From Candidatus Cloacimonadota bacterium (GTDB taxonomy: Bacteria > Cloacimonadota > Cloacimonadia > Cloacimonadales > TCS61), in the NCBI GenBank assembly GCA_021735645.1, contig JAIPGP010000006.1, positions 3,634 through 67,633 on the forward strand: 64,000 nt of DNA, read 5' to 3'. This document shows positions 23,901 through 32,300 of the stretch, piece after piece. How positions within the stretch are numbered: position 1 is the stretch's first letter; every line of letters starts with the position of its first letter. The notes beneath the pieces are model-generated. The model saw nothing but the letters and a program-made list of their open reading frames with translations. It made no database searches and was not told the DNA's origin. The translations under genes were made by a program, and so were the position numbers.

Positions 23901-26206
23901 CTTTCCTCGCCATCCGGATCATATGAACCACTACCATTTAACTGGACTAGATCTCCCTCGGTTACTGTCTGATCTGCCCCGGCATCTGCTACTGGCGGCA
24001 TATTACCTAAAGCTGCTTCCAAAAATACCATGGTATTGCCATTTATCGTATAATTTCCTGTCCAGGGCGGTATTGGTGTTGCTGTGATTTCCGTTAATTC
24101 CACTCCCAGGCTCGCATCCCAGATCCGATATATTACCGGATGATTCATTATATATCCATTCAAGACAGTCGCATTTTGATCCATATCCATAGATGTCACT
24201 ATTGTATAAGGTGATGCACCCTCTACTACTGTCGCTCCCACACACACTTCTGTTCCACCAGTAGTTACATCAAACACAGCTACTTCATCCCCTGGTTCTA
24301 ATGCTGCTCCTCCAGCAGTTGTGGCATAAGCACTTATTGTATGACCTAAAAATGGCGTGTTAGGTAATCCTTCCCAGACTGCTGCAAAGTGAGGTTCAGC
24401 AGGTCCTGTTGTACTTACTTCAAATACTACCGGATCATTTCCGTCGCCATATGTCATATCTGCTACAAAATCTAATGTCCCTGATACTTCATATTCCATA
24501 TCTGTTTCTGCATCATAATAAAGAAAATCTATCGTCTCGCCACTGGTTTGATTACTGTAAACCTCCGGCAGGAATATTATATGATCAAAATACTGGGTAT
24601 AATCAAATACATTACCGTTTGCTTCACTGGCTATTCCCCGGCATTCTCCATTTACAAAACAGCCCAGTATTCCTGTCGTTATATCCACTTCCACCCCATC
24701 CAGTTCTACTATACCCCAGATTGAGCAGCTGTATTCATAATCTGCATAATTAAATGACCAGTCAGGTAAGTCACGGCTCGTATTAGCCTGGCTTAACATA
24801 TTTGCAATATTTGTCTCTGTACTCTCTGACGCTAATGTCAAAGGCTCAGGATAATTCAATTGCTCCGGTGCATTCATCTTCAGCATATAACCGCCTAAAG
24901 GCTGCAGAGTTGTCAAACTTCCCAGCCAGCCCGGTCCGGTATAATACATCGCACTTTGCGTCTGACTCTTAATATTGGAACCCTCACTCAGTGAGGCTAA
25001 AGCATAATTGATGTTTTCAGATGCCTGAGGAGCATATGATATCCAGTTCCAGCCCGAAGTTAAACTATAAGTAAGCTCTGAAATTTCTACTGGCGTTCCT
25101 GTATAGTCCAGAGTAGTAGCAGTATTTACTCCTAATTTATAAAAAGTGTTATTGTTGATTGAGGTTAATGATCCCAGCCAGCCAGGACCGGGATAATACA
25201 TGGCACTTTGCGTCTGGCTTTTTATATTAGTAGCATTTGCCCCAATAGAAGCCAGTACATTGTTTGTGGTCATATTATCACCAGCTACATTAAGCGAAAA
25301 CCAGTTCCAGCCAGGTACCATATTCTTATTAACTGTTATCTCTTGGGGCCCACCTAAAAATGTGATCGTCCCAGCTTCCAGATTTAATAAATTTGCTGAA
25401 TTATATCTGAAATAATCTAAGCTGGCTAACGCCTCGCCCTCTATGCCTTCCGGACTAAATTCTAAGCTGCATAATGTACCTGCTCCTGTGATCGGCATCA
25501 CATTCGCATAGCCTACTATAATTACGCCAGGTTCCGTTTCATTAGCTATTAAATTCCCCGGATTTGGCACATCTCCCAAAGCATAGCTCCCGGCATATGT
25601 CATCATACTTACATCATATAATAATGCAAACTGAAAAGATATCGCTCCCATATCACTGGTTAATTCACTAGTCAATATTGACAGATTAAAGTTTTCTTCC
25701 AAGCCAACTTCAGGAGAATCCACTGTGATTACTACATCTGAAAATGGATTAGGTACTACTACTTCTACATTGCCATCTACCAGATTGCCATCTAATAAAA
25801 AGGTAGAATTGTACTTGAAATCATACAGGTCCAAAATCGTCTCTCCTGCACTTATGGCACTAAATTCTATTATTACCAGATTCCCTGCTCCAGAAATATT
25901 CAGATAGTTTGCATATGCTACCCGTAATGTCCCCGGCTCAAATTCATTAGCTATCAGGTTTGCTGGAAGAGGCATCTCTCCCAAAGATATGCCCTCATAC
26001 TGAATCAGGCTCTCATCAAATGACAAATCAAACTGGAATGCTATCACATCCCATTCATCTAATACTTCCGTCGTGGTTAAATTGATCTGAAATGTGTCGC
26101 CTTCTTCTACCATCGCATCTGATACTGTGATTATGGTATTCTCGAATTGACCATAAATAAACATAATTGATAATAAAAGAAAACAAAAAACTATAACTCG
26201 TTTCAT
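11948..26206 (-). CDS. 4752-aa acidic secreted scaffoldin-like protein: about 4 cohesin-like domains, about 30 cadherin-like (tandem-95)/PKD/Ig repeats, ECRG modules, GWN(W/L)IS domains, C-terminal FlgD-Ig/T9SS-like sorting domain
   Basis: Signal peptide MKRVIVFCFLLLSIMFIYG. Cohesin-like stretches (e.g. WDVIAFQFDLSFDESLIQYEG...ISGAGNLVIIEF) at about 26143-25756, 25742-25355, 17328-16950 and 16372-15965. Repeated VNDAP and DxDxD Ca-binding motifs. C-terminus YPNPFNPETSISF...VYNVKGQ...SGVYF. RBS GGAGG upstream. Confidence 0.92.
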   Translation of the reverse strand: MKRVIVFCFLLLSIMFIYGQFENTIITVSDAMVEEGDTFQINLTTTEVLDEWDVIAFQFDLSFDESLIQYEGISLGEMPLPANLIANEFEPGTLRVAYANYLNISGAGNLVIIEFSAISAGETILDLYDFKYNSTFLLDGNLVDGNVEVVVPNPFSDVVITVDSPEVGLEENFNLSILTSELTSDMGAISFQFALLYDVSMMTYAGSYALGDVPNPGNLIANETEPGVIIVGYANVMPITGAGTLCSLEFSPEGIEGEALASLDYFRYNSANLLNLEAGTITFLGGPQEITVNKNMVPGWNWFSLNVAGDNMTTNNVLASIGANATNIKSQTQSAMYYPGPGWLGSLTSINNNTFYKLGVNTATTLDYTGTPVEISELTYSLTSGWNWISYAPQASENINYALASLSEGSNIKSQTQSAMYYTGPGWLGSLTTLQPLGGYMLKMNAPEQLNYPEPLTLASESTETNIANMLSQANTSRDLPDWSFNYADYEYSCSIWGIVELDGVEVDITTGILGCFVNGECRGIASEANGNVFDYTQYFDHIIFLPEVYSNQTSGETIDFLYYDAETDMEYEVSGTLDFVADMTYGDGNDPVVFEVSTTGPAEPHFAAVWEGLPNTPFLGHTISAYATTAGGAALEPGDEVAVFDVTTGGTEVCVGATVVEGASPYTIVTSMDMDQNATVLNGYIMNHPVIYRIWDASLGVELTEITATPIPPWTGNYTINGNTMVFLEAALGNMPPVADAGADQTVTEGDLVQLNGSGSYDPDGEESRLPDWSFNYADYEYSCSIWGIVELDGVEVDITTGILGCFVDGECRGIASEANGNVFDYTQYFDHIIFLPEVYSNQTSGETIDFLYYDAETDMEYEVAGTLDFVADMTYGDGNDPVVFEVSTVITSNLDFIWTAPLDIVLSDVTAVMPTFTAPEVTETTDYTISLIVSDGESWSEADEVVITVENGNLPPVADAGEDQTVIEGDLVQLNGTASYDPDGEVSREPDWIFDYHDYEYSFTVWGVVEVDGVEINDLNDMIGAFVGDECRGIAQQSDNTVQYMEYFNRTFYMPAIFSNTTSGDVVTFKYYDASADMVYDVEGEVAFVADTQVGDGFDPYVFTVTTIFIPDLEFLWGAPEGIVLSDPTSAIPTFTAPDVSESTPYTITLIVSDGEAWSEADEVVITVENGNAAPEIVLPDYFMFDEDGNLGVDFIGEGYISDPDLNDLTLTVTGNENITVQIMGGVVFFTAAENWNGMETLTFIVDDNQERLTASDDVLVIVNAINDAPVFTYAEPEIIFNEDESIQVDFTEYISDVDDDELEMYLADVDNIISAIEGFVITFSAGDNWNGTDAIVIGVTDNQGRAVAEVNVDIVVEAVNDAPYILEELADQELAEDFEEIAVNADLNANFGDVDGDVLSYSAEYNNEEIIVTITDNILYLASVENWNGTTEVTITASDEIGRDIVADAFEVQVMSVNDAPYVVAEIENQEFFEDFAETSFDLSENFGDVDGDVLTYTADFNAEEIMVTFTDNMMYLASVENWAGTAIVTVTASDNMDRAFVSDTFEVLVIGVNDAPYVYNDIPDMELDEDFAPEMLTLADYFTDPDGDLYNYWAEYNPEAVEIDISNGILTLSSVLDWNGELDITIFVSDSFEQASDTFHLIVNPVNDAPEIELPDSFIFAEDGSLEVDFTEYLNDIDEDMLTLTVEGGTEIAAAIEGYTVIFTASEDWFGEETLTFMVEDEMSRLSASDDILIIVESVNDNPVAMANGPYSGQANAEGFAEIILDASGSYDIDGEIVSWVWTWEGGSAEGDNVTTMFAVGETPILLTITDNEGGIGEASTTVNVSDYDNIAPEAVADEFAVFEDELLMNNVLANDYDPDQYPDALTAELEQDVSNGVLELMADGSFTYTPAENWNGEDMFSYRAFDGAAYSLVTEVIIIVTPVNDNPVAMPGGPYSGQADGSGFVEIMLDGSGSYDIDGEIVSWEWNWEGGSGEGETLLALFAVGETTVYLTVTDNDGGIGEANTTVNVSDYDNIAPVAVADAFEVFEDEVLIDNVLANDQDPDQYPAALTAELVADVSNGVLELLEDGSFTYTPAANWNGEDMFSYRAFDGAAYSPETEVAITVMPVNDAPEQVMALEDVYLEEDFDTYELSLVDYFNDIDNEVLNFAVDYNVEEIEIADLGNGMFEIISLENWNGESYVGVTVTDGEYEVMSNFIVYVEAVNDAPTIELPESFGFTEDGSLEIDFAQYVNDIDEDMLYLSVMGNENVIVDISGLMVTFSAEADWNGEEILTFTINDAMDRLIAEDMVTVIVEAVNDAPELVMQPEDINLAEDFEPYEFSLAGYFSDIDNEFLNYAVNYNVEEIEIADLDNGMFEIISLADWNGESYVGVTVTDGEYEVESSFMVYVEAVNDAPELIMQPESINLVEDFEPYQFSLVGYFYDIDNEVLNYAVNYNAAEIEIADLGNGMFEITPVADWNGESYVGVTVTDGEYEVESSFMVYVEAVNDAPELLMQPEDINLAEDFEPYEFSLVGYFSDIDNEVLNYAVDYNAAEIEIADLGNGMFEITSLENWHGESYVGVTVTDGEYDVMSNFMVNVEAVNDEPVAEANGPYYEQADEEGNAPVMLDGSGSYDIDGEIVAWEWSWEGGSVSGEMPEAIFATGVFDVMLTVTDDEGGFGTDMTIVTVSGYENIAPVATADSFDGDEDTILSGNVLYNDYDADQYPEALTAGLMSDVSFGELLFNANGEFEYMPSENWFGVDSFEYRAYDGIDYSETVTVELTVLPVNDAPVLVEELDDIYLQEDFEPYQLDISGNFADVDEDVLTYDIGFAAEEILLVNLGNGAFLLESVENWYGETLLEVSAGDGEYIVETSFMVYVEPVNDEPVIELPESFTMDEGVEFAVDFTEYISDIDGDELELTVEGNVNIEVMIDGYMVTFNSPVWYGEEILTFTINDYMGRAIDTDEVTLIVRPAIFEAEITVGSAIALEEDTFTISVSTTELYDYWNIISFEFDINYDAESYEYVGFSAGEVPNPNAMLLVNNSAPGVVAVAYADAMIITGAGNLVTFEFVAVNAGISEITAVDFRYNSTEIMNVIPGTVEVIDVNHPPVADAGEDQMLDEGLLVQLDGTGSSDPDGQDLTYEWLAPAGIELDDPLSATPSFTAPEVIVNEDFTLTLIVSDGEFEDGDEVVITVLNVNHPPVADAGEAQTVNEGDLLLLDGSGSFDPDAGTELVYNWIAPAGIIIENADSPIATLIAPSVNEATDFEFTLEVSDGEYVVSDEVVITVLNAEIPEIVASISVGSGSGAPGEPIHIDVLTSYVNPGWNVFSYQFKLAFDDMELSLDGWSLDNTIVIPDGQLDVWYDRDVVNIKFVSQQSSGGRELIPIEGEGSLINLEFSSINGGQAVLDVYDFVYNQEEIEVELPGVINNSAPYVQVPIPEQVVFEDFETFSLDLDNYISDYDEDVLIYTVESGEGILVESYDNMLEISSVENFNGTVPVTVTAWDGYSDLSEVTTEFDVVVTPVNDAPEIELPEYLSFEEDGELIVDFAPFISDIDGDELGLSVTGNENINVGFAGTEVTFTALENYHGIEVLTFIVSDGMQRAIAMDDITVEVISVNDLPVAEAGTPINATAGPLGTAMVNLDGSGSYDIDGEIVQYYWGWNGGEAYGNTVEVELAPGNYTITLEVTDNENGTDSDHVQVSVAPYGGTNPIAYPDTYNVDEDMILTVSAEEGILANDVDDGYPEILTALMLDEPVIGTLIYNEESWDGSFEYTAPANWNGVASFTYVAFDGNQFSAETEVTINVNSVNDLPVADAGGPYTADAEVTGMAMVTLSGSGSDIDGEIVLYEWYYDGQMIGAGASIDYEFGAGEHVVTLMVTDDEDGVAEDTAAVTVNGYVNIAPVAVDDYYTVIEDETLMVDAVSGVLANDYDPDEYPELLTCVIEDQRDITLNEDGSFEYVPEADFNGSVSFEYYITDGEAMSDIAMIYIEVTPVNDTPVIELPAEFSFLEDETLVVDFSEYVNDIDSEFLTLSVDGNLMVSVDIEGFAVTFSAEEDWYGNEILSFTVSDNEVRLSASADVEIIVGEVNDAPVVNEYLPVETDITIYDDAVIEFSVEATDVDNELSYSWTLNGELMPIMGNIFTPEFIEEGEYVVVVEITDGEYVETLTWAIHYLLAPDWAVVTYDNFTNAHGYVTVDGLSADPGDMIGAFVEGECRGMGTVNGASRVNFQIFGDIVEIVNFKFWDLETDTEYDLEYFTQTYPGGTIGTVSNPLPLAVSTGVGPGWTPVIYTNSTIVYAIVTIEGEDAVEGDLVAAFVGEECRAVTEVQILTREAIASLVVQGETVETVHFRIWDSSEDMIYNVGTSIQSNPGGSVGYPPNQILLNGSNTTDVTQILNLSGGWNLISLYVRPTDMSVEAVFAPIMENLLKVKDIYSSYDPSLPAAYNTLHTLEDGAGYYVKVNGVSELDVTGAILDPLQTPIDLSGGWNLVAYVNQNAMDVETAFAELIDGGTLLKVKDIFSSYDPSLPSAYNTLVNLEPGKGYYVRVSEPITFYYPGATRNLITSADELNDSIWEPVIYTNSMVVYSQIEMTDSEGMILAGFAGEECRGVSRIRDYNGINISSLVINSEKAEEISFRIYDPKSRAVFECNEVIISEPGEDYDRMPLLTVNMGEDEVIVNGLTNIYPNPFNPETSISFHLETDEMVSVKVYNVKGQLIKTILANELPAGDHIITWNGMNDRNTGCTSGVYFVSFSAGVIQEVQKVILMK
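18450..19305 (-). repeat. Three near-identical 285-bp (95-aa) cadherin-like units, with a further similar copy at about 19585-19870
   Basis: Anchor gcatcatt at 18726, 19011 and 19296 (period 285). Protein repeat VNDAPEL.MQPE.INL.EDFEPY.FSL.GYF.DIDNE.LNYAV.YN. Confidence 0.9.
19870..20970 (-). repeat. Tandem 555-bp duplication (PKD-like plus Ig pair)
   Basis: ctgatacatttacggttgta at 20161 and 20716. Protein VNDNPVAM..GPYSGQA...WNGEDMFSYRAFDGAAYS occurs twice. Confidence 0.85.
23540..24768 (-). repeat. Two near-identical ~355-bp copies of an ECRG module (about 23540-23898 and 24411-24768)
   Basis: LPDWSFNYADYEYSCSIWGIVELDGVEVDITTGILGCFV(N/D)GECRG...DPVVFEVST appears twice, with a DNA offset of about 873 bp. 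Confidence 0.9.
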
Positions 26207-26252
26207 GTATCCCTCCTGTTAATTTTTCTTTTTTTTTTAAAAAACTTTTCCC

Positions 26253-26320
26253 TTTTTTGGAAGCACCCTCATGCGTCCAAAAAAAAGAAAAATACCAGGG
26301 CGGACAATTGCCCGCCCCGG
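26253..26320 (-). terminator. Terminator-like hairpin plus a second hairpin between the dockerin gene and the 4752-aa scaffold gene
   Basis: Minus-strand ccggggcgggc-aatt-gtccgccctgg followed by tatttttc. A second stem ttttttgga/tccaaaaaa lies at 26253-26284. Confidence 0.7.
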
Positions 26321-26333
26321 CATTAATTCGCTC

Positions 26334-29300
26334 TTATTTGAGCATGATCATCTTATGAGTCTCATTAAGTTCGCCTATCTTCACTTTGTAGAAATATACT
26401 CCTGAAGATACCGGACGATTGCTGTTGTCTTTACCACTCCATTCAAAGTAATATGTTCCACCTGCTACCGTCTCATTTACAAGGCTGTTTACTAACTGAC
26501 CCTTTACATTATAAATACTAACTTTCACTGGTGTGTTATCATTTGCCACAGCCAGCGCGATTGTAGTACTTGGATTAAACGGATTAGGATAATTGCCCAA
26601 TACTGCATTTACTACTGGGACACTTTCCAGATCCTCTACATAATATGTGTTCTCTGCACTGATTCCATTGCTGGTTACAGTCATTACGAATTCTCCGCTT
26701 TCTGCCAATTTCTCAAATGGAATTCGCAGGAATTCGCCACTGATTGCTTCTGCATTTGCCAAAGCTAAAGCATTGCCATTTACAGCGTGCAGATAATCTA
26801 CTACTGGTTCATTGAAACTGATCAAATCCGTTTCTGTGCTTACACTGAATCCATAAAGGTCGCCAGTTGTACTGAATACTAATTCACCATTCTCTACCGT
26901 CATGGTCACTTCAGCTGCTGGAGTCTCAATTCTGGCTTCTACTGGGAATTCTGTGATCATACCAACTGCATACTGTAATACAAGTGCGGCATCATAAGCT
27001 TCAGGATCACCATTGCCATCTACGTCTCCTGCGATTAATTCCCAGGTCCATGGTAAAGGAGCTCCCACTGGATTCATACCTACTGTGAACTGAAGAATGT
27101 TAGCTGCATCAAACGCATCTACTATCTCGTCACCTGTTACGTCGCCATACATATAGGCTGCACCTACTGTCATGGTGATTGGTACTATGATCTCTGTATT
27201 ATAAAGATCATTGCTGGTGATCATGATCTCACCCATCATCACATCGCCATCTACAAGACCGGTTGCATCAAAGTTCAAGGTGTGCATATCCGCTCCAGCA
27301 CCTACTGATACTACTCCATCAACCATCATGTCGCCACCAAAGGTTACCCAGGGGTTGATCGGAATTGTATAATCTACTACCAGATAGGGAGGATTAGCTT
27401 CATTCCAGCCATCAATTAAAGTATAATATGTAGTTCCAGCATCACGTGGTGATGCTCCAACTGCAAACCAGTCATTTGACAAAGCTGCCTGCATATCTGC
27501 ATTTGCTGTTGTTCCAAGTGGATACATATACCAGCCAGGTACAAAAGTGCTGGATTCATTATTATATGAATAAGCGATACCTGAAGGATTACCGGCAATG
27601 ATATGCTGCTGCAAAGTTGCTGCTGCTGTTGTCAGTGGATCAAGTGTACATGGTGTTAGTGACCAGTATGGGAAATATGTGTCATTTACATAAACATTAG
27701 CTTCAATGCTATTTATAATTGCCCCATCTGGAATTCCAGAGACATCAAACATCATCCAGCCATTTTGGGTATCAATAGCATTTACAGCACTATTAGCTGT
27801 GAAAGCTGCACCATCAGTACTACCTGTCCAGTAATCTACACTCTGTGGCATTACTTCTGCTACGGCACGACCCTCATAATAAATGATCTCAGCTTCATAT
27901 TCCAGATCAAGATCACCAAGATTACCAATACTTAAATCATAATCTGCCATACCATCTACTGGTACCATTACATCAAATTCCATTGGATCTACTGTGATCT
28001 CAGCTGTTGGAATGCTGCCGGTAATGGTCAAATCTGCGGACACTACTGCTGATGCGTCTCCATCTGTGAATACTATGTCAGCAAAGTATGTGAGACCTGG
28101 AAGCTCGATAGCATTAAAGGTTGCTGTGATATTTACACTTGCTCCCGGTGCTAAGGTTCCATTTGCTGGATCTATGGCTAACCAGGAATTAGCAGGGCAT
28201 AATTCATATATTGCTACCGTGTAACTGCTCTGATTGAGAGAGCCGATAACAAAAGTGCCATCAGCATAATCTAAAGATGTGAAAAGTCCACCAGCTATAT
28301 CACCCACAGCACCTACATCTTCAAGTACGTCATGAATCACGCCTGTCTCTAAACCTGTTGCGATATTATACTGAACGATCACACACTGGTCACCCAGACC
28401 ACCCTGGCTGAATCCATATAAATAGGGTCCGCCATCTGAATAGTTATCATAAGCCAGTCCATATAAAGATACCCAAACTGTACCTATTGCAAAACTATCC
28501 ATTATGCTACCGTCGCGACCTACCAGAGTAATATCTGTGCTCCAGTTATTTACCCAGAATGCATCATTATCATCATCATAAGCAATTGCTCTAACAGCAA
28601 CTGGGGAAGCTATGGTTGAAACTAAAGTCTGAGTCTCAAAATCCATCTGCCAGATGCTGTTACTGGCTGCTCCACCATAGAAGTATTGTCCATCATAAGC
28701 TAGGTCACGAAGACCTGATACTCCGGGAATTGAGAAGGTTTCAATGAAGTTTCCATCAATATCAAATTTGTTGATGAGTGCGCTTGCCCAGACAGCTGTG
28801 TAGAAATAAGTACCATCAAATTCAATACCGGCTTGACTTACGATTGTTGGGTCAGCAATAAATGTATCCAGTAAATCCCACATATCGCGAGTTTCTGGCA
28901 CTTCATACTTCTGAGTGTGGTTCGGAGTGACATCTGCATCATCACTGATCAAATCTGCTGGAATTGGTTTCGCTACTATGGGACTATTCCGAACCTGCTC
29001 CTGAATAGAGCCTGCCCAATAGAAATTGGCATCTCCATCATTGCTCAAAGTTATAGTGTGATCTGAGGTTAACCCATAATCAAGTGTCTCACTCAATTCG
29101 GTTGGTGTTACGCTTACATCAACTGTTCCAAGCTCTACTATTACATGATTACTCTCTGGTGACTCACCTTCATCATATTCTGTTGTTACATAATACTCAT
29201 AAATTCCAGCATCAAGGCCAGGATCATTATAGGTTGTCTCTGTTACTGTGGCTAATAGAACGTTATCTTTATACACTTTGTAATTACCTGTGAAATCACG

Positions 29301-32300
29301 AACACTTTCGCCAATTCCTGCCAGACTGAATTCTACTCTGCTGTCTACTTCTATTGGAGTTGGATTCCAGGTTTTGGGCTGAGCTAATATAAGGTCTTCA
29401 TTTCTGTCACCTGAGATTACGCCCCAGATATTCCAGTTATAATTAAGACCGTACAATAAATTCATCGATCCCCAGGTTACTCCACCATCTTCTGACAGTA
29501 AATCTCCGTATTCACTTACGGCTGGTCCTGCATCACAACCGGCAGGATAAGGATTGACATCTGTGAAGGATACATAATAACCTATCCATAACTCTTGGCT
29601 GGCATCTATCATTACTGGTGTATTCAATTCTATATTGTTCCAAGCCATTCCTGTTGGTGTATAACCCTGCTCCAATACTACATTAGCAGCATTATCTCCA
29701 CTCCATACATAAAGTGTCATTACATCAGGAAGATCATTGATATAAACTGTAACGTTATCCATTATCATTCCGTCATATACTGAAAGTTCTGCCGGAGTAA
29801 ATCTCGCTGCTACTGTAAATGTTCCACCAGATGCCATACCTATCGCATCTGCATTGGTCATATTATCCCAGTGAAGCGCGTCTGCTGGCAGGAAATTCGG
29901 GGCTGTCCACTCAAGACCTATATCGTAATTGTTAACTGTAGCGGTCAGGTTCAGAGGGGGTAACATGTTTATGTCAAGTGCAAAGTCCTGGGTTGCTACT
30001 TCATCAACTATAATTGTTACTGGTGCCATCGCCCCAATATATCTTGGATTTGTGCAATATGCATCATAAGCTCCAGTTAATATATCTGGAATCATATAAT
30101 ATCCAGTTGCATCAGTCATGCCCATGCTTTCACCACAAGTAACTAAGGCACCAGATACCGGATCACCACTAAAGGCATCAGTTACTGTTCCTTCAAGGCT
30201 TCCCATATCCGGAGGAGGTAACAGATCAAAATGAACTTCATAGTATGGATTTGGATGATAAGTTGAATATCCTTCATGGCAGATATAATAGGTACCTGCG
30301 GGTACTACAACTGTGTAGCTGAGATCATCCTGACCTATCCAGGAAGCCATTGTGTTGCCTGAACCCCAGGTGCTGCAGCCATCATCATCATAAGCTACCC
30401 GAGTATAATTGCTGTCATATAAGTTCATGTATGTATCAAATTCAGAACCGCAGGAATGTAATTCCATCGTACCTGGAGTATCCAGCTCAAACATAAACCA
30501 AATATCCTCGCCTGAATGTGATCCTACTAATCCAAGTGCAGTACTGTCATCTGTGTAAAGACTTATATCTCCTGACATAAAGTAGGGGAATGCGTCAATT
30601 ACAATTGGGTTATCGATCGTATTTCCAATATCTGAGAATACTTCCAAAGCAAAGTTTACGGTCGTTGTCTCATTTTCAGACACTTCCACATTAAGCTCCG
30701 AAGCTGGTAAATATCCCTCAGCTGTTGCTGTTACGGTATATAAACCTGATTCCAGATTCTCAAATAAATAATATCCGGCCGCATCTGTAATTTCCTGTAA
30801 TCCACCGGCTGATACTATTGCTCCTTCTATCGCTGCTCCACCATCAAGCGCTGTTACGGTTCCCTGCAGGTTACCAAAGGTTGGTGGTTCATTTGCTTCT
30901 ATAGAAATATCAAATGCTGTGAATTGGGGAGCTGGATAAGTTGATATAACTATATAATAGGTATTACCCATAGTCATTATCACTTCTTCCAGGAATGGAT
31001 TGCCGGCATAACCGGTTGCTGAAGCTATACATACTGCTCCTGGATCATCTACAAATCCCTGAATTACAAAAAGTCCTACCCAGGTTGCGGTGTTGGTCAA
31101 GGTAATATCTAAGGACATGTTCTCTGTCGGTGTATATGAAAATACAAAATCATCACCATTCATATAACTGCTGGTACAAGCCATTGTGCTGTTATAATCA
31201 TCGCCATAACCCTCGGTTGTCATTCCGGTCTGAATAAATGGTACGCTATCAATAATATAAGGATCTGCACAACTTGTTCCGGCTGTCTCAAATACTTCCA
31301 GAGCAATATCAACTGTTGTCGTCTGTCCTGCTAATATTTCCACTCCGAATTCTGTATATGTGGTATAACCATAAGCTGTTGCCACTACATCATAAAATCC
31401 TGTTTCCAGACTCTCAAAGTAATAATAACCAGCTGCATCTGTTGTTTGACTGAAACCTCCAGCGGTTACAACTGTTCCTTCAATCGGAAGTCCTGTACCG
31501 AAATCTGTGATCGTGCCATCAAGACTGCCCATGTCCGGAGGAGGAAGAAGATCAAAATGAACTTCAAAATATGGATTCGGATGATAGGTCGAATATCCTT
31601 CATGACCTATATAATAGGTTCCTGCTGGAATTACTGTATCTGCTATCCAAGAAGCGGCACCACTACCTGATCCCCAGGAACTGCAACCATCATCATTATA
31701 AGCGATACGTGCTAAATTTGAGTCATATAAATGAAGATAAGTATCAAATTCTGATCCGCAACTGTGAAGCTGCATTGTGGCTGGTCCATCAAGCTCAAAC
31801 ATAAAGTAAACATCTTCTCCTGAACGTGATCCCACTAAGCCTGCACCTGTACTGTAGTCCGTATAAAGGCTTATATCGCCAGACATGAAATAAGGAAACG
31901 CATCGATTATGATTGGGTCTTCTATGGTATCACCAATAGGATCAAATAATTCCAAAGCAAAATCCTGGGTAACCGTCTGACCAGCCAGAATCTCTAAACC
32001 TGGAGCAGCTCCATTAAAATATCCTGCATAAGCTGCTGTCACATTATAAATTCCTGTCTCTACATCAGCAAAATAATAATATCCAGCTGCATCCGTTAAC
32101 ATGGAAAGTGTCCCTACTGTTACTGTAGCTCCTTCTAAGGGAGCTCCGGTATCAAGGTCTGTTACCGTGCCATCAAGATTTCCAAATTCCGGAGGTCCAC
32201 CACCGGTGATGGTTAATACATAATCTCCATAACTTGTGCTATAGCCATATACCCTGGCATAATAAGTGCCTGCTGGAAGTACATCCCAGAATAAAGCACT

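Noticed and set aside
26224-26290. Homopolymer tracts as phase-variation switches
   Set aside because: They are intergenic, not within a recognisable promoter spacer, and A/T runs are common in this genome's intergenic DNA.
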